Source: Mycobacterium tuberculosis H37Rv (GTDB lineage Bacteria; Actinomycetota; Actinomycetes; Mycobacteriales; Mycobacteriaceae). From it: a stretch of 32,000 nt of DNA. This document shows, piece after piece, positions 29,856 through 32,000 of the stretch. Made by a program: the position numbers and the translations under genes. The DNA lies in the NCBI RefSeq assembly GCF_000195955.2, contig NC_000962.3, forward strand, positions 1,710,001-1,742,000, read 5' to 3'. How positions within the stretch are numbered: the first letter of the stretch is position 1; every line of letters starts with the position of its first letter. Below the pieces are notes generated by a model. It searched no databases. It was not told the origin of the DNA and saw only the letters and a list, made by a program, of their open reading frames with translations.

Positions 29856-31247
29856 GTGCTGCACCTGGACATGGATGCGTTTTTCGCCTCGGTCGAACAG
29901 CTCACCCGGCCGACCCTGCGGGGGCGGCCGGTGCTGGTTGGCGGGCTGGGTGGGCGAGGTGTGGTGGCCGGCGCGAGCTATGAAGCGCGGGCCTACGGTG
30001 CCCGATCGGCCATGCCGATGCATCAGGCCCGCAGGCTGATCGGGGTGACGGCCGTGGTGTTGCCGCCACGCGGGGTGGTGTACGGGATCGCCAGCCGCCG
30101 GGTATTCGACACCGTGCGCGGCCTGGTGCCCGTCGTCGAACAGCTTTCTTTCGATGAAGCGTTCGCCGAACCGCCCCAACTCGCCGGGGCAGTGGCCGAG
30201 GACGTCGAGACGTTCTGCGAACGGTTGCGGCGACGGGTGCGCGACGAGACCGGCCTGATTGCCTCGGTCGGAGCGGGCTCGGGCAAGCAGATCGCCAAGA
30301 TTGCTTCTGGTCTGGCCAAACCCGACGGCATTCGGGTAGTCCGGCACGCTGAAGAGCAAGCGCTTCTCAGCGGATTGCCGGTACGACGGCTGTGGGGCAT
30401 CGGCCCGGTCGCCGAGGAAAAGCTGCATCGGCTCGGCATCGAGACGATCGGGCAGCTGGCCGCGCTGAGCGATGCCGAGGCGGCCAACATCCTAGGCGCG
30501 ACGATTGGGCCCGCGCTGCACCGGCTGGCCCGTGGCATCGACGACCGCCCAGTGGTGGAGCGCGCCGAAGCCAAGCAAATCAGCGCCGAGTCCACGTTCG
30601 CCGTCGATCTGACCACCATGGAGCAATTGCACGAGGCGATCGACTCCATCGCTGAGCACGCGCACCAACGCCTGCTGCGCGACGGCCGCGGCGCCCGCAC
30701 CATCACGGTGAAGCTAAAGAAATCCGACATGAGCACGCTAACCCGCTCGGCGACGATGCCCTACCCGACGACCGACGCCGGCGCGCTGTTTACGGTGGCC
30801 CGCCGGCTGCTGCCGGATCCACTGCAAATCGGGCCAATTCGTCTTCTGGGTGTTGGGTTTTCGGGTTTGAGCGACATTCGCCAGGAGTCGTTGTTTGCCG
30901 ACTCGGACTTGACGCAGGAAACGGCGGCAGCGCATTACGTCGAAACACCGGGAGCGGTCGTGCCGGCCGCGCACGACGCCACGATGTGGCGGGTCGGCGA
31001 TGACGTCGCCCACCCTGAGCTTGGGCACGGCTGGGTGCAGGGAGCGGGCCACGGCGTGGTCACCGTGCGGTTCGAAACGCGTGGTTCAGGCCCGGGCTCG
31101 GCGCGGACGTTCCCCGTCGACACCGGCGACATCAGCAACGCCAGCCCGCTTGACAGCTTGGACTGGCCGGACTACATCGGCCAGCTATCGGTCGAGGGGT
31201 CCGCCGGCGCCTCAGCCCCAACGGTCGATGACGTCGGCGACCGGTGA
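29856..31247 (+). CDS. dinX: Y-family DNA polymerase IV (DinB1/DinX)
   Basis: [44 protein letters not shown], helix-hairpin-helix region [24 protein letters not shown]-terminal clamp-binding-like QESLFA. Confidence 0.94.
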
Positions 31248-32000
31248 GTTGGCCGCCAGCGCGGCCATTAGCAGCACCCGGGCCTGGGACGGCGGCAGTC
31301 GCGGTACCATCACCGCGCCAGCCTCCACCAGGTCGTGCCCGGGACCATAGCCTGCGCCGACCCGCGCGCCGGCGACCCGGGTAGACACCGCGATCACCAC
31401 CGGATCGCTCCCGTCTCGACAGTGGCGACGGACTCCCTCGATCACGGCGGCCCCGGCATTGCCCGAGCCCAGCGCCTCCAGCACCACGGCGCGCGCGCCG
31501 GCTGCCACACAGGCGTCCATCGCCACCGCGTCACTTCCCGGATAGACGGCGACGATGTCGACTCGTGGCGCCACGGCAGCGCCCAGATCGCCGAGATAGG
31601 GCCGCGTCTTGGTGCGCGTCAGCCGCACCCCGCCCGACGTGAAGCCAAGCGACTCGCCGGCGAATCCGCACAGGTCCGGGTTGGCCACCTTGTGCAGGCC
31701 CAAAGGCTGTAACACCCGGCCGCCGAAACTCACCAGCACCCCGAGGTCGCGGGCGGCTGGGTCGGCGGCGACCGCAAGCGCGTCGCGCAGATTGGCCGGG
31801 CCATCGGCGCCGGGGGCATCGGCGCTGAGCATGGCCCCGGTCAACACGACCGGGCGGCTACCCGCATAGGTGAGGTCCAGCCACAGAGCGGTCTCTTCGA
31901 GCGTATCGGTGCCGTGAGTGATGACCACCCCATCTGCGCCGCCGCGGAATGCCTCCTGCACTGCAGCGCCTATCCGGTCCCAATCGGCCGGCGTCAACTT
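31212..32000 (-). CDS. ansA: L-asparaginase, type I/II superfamily, C-terminal part; continues past the right edge
   Basis: [55 protein letters not shown] is the asparaginase active-site HGTDT region. Confidence 0.93.

Noticed and set aside
1-32000. Mobile elements, CRISPR arrays, toxin-antitoxin or phage-defence modules
   Set aside because: I saw no transposase, integrase, spaced direct repeats, IS terminal repeats, TA pair or defence-type domain in any supplied ORF.

Overview
From gene content and order I recognise this as a Mycobacterium tuberculosis-complex chromosome segment, matching H37Rv Rv1518 (partial) through ansA/Rv1538c (partial). Recognition is from memory; no database was searched. 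The left two thirds is a polyketide/glycolipid (LOS-like) locus: GT2 glycosyltransferases, fadD25, mmpL12, a methyltransferase, two GT1 paralogs around wbbL2, pks5, a truncated papA4 and fadD24. The right third holds an ADH/AhpD-like gene pair, a hotdog thioesterase, an NPD-TetR operon, small gene Rv1535, ileS, dinX and ansA. The best-supported non-coding features are a near-consensus IdeR iron box before Rv1519, an M-box (Mg2+) riboswitch before Rv1535, an Ile T-box leader before ileS, a palindromic operator candidate between Rv1532c and Rv1533, and a 17-bp inverted repeat between ileS and dinX. Less-described candidates are a 26-codon sORF with strong SD between the M-box and Rv1535, a duplicated 'DHL..HSLPLFG..(M/L)P.YD' motif at the MmpL12 C-terminus, and leaderless-type promoters at adh and Rv1533. 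I found no mobile element, CRISPR array, tRNA or rRNA, and no convincing wholly new multi-gene system.
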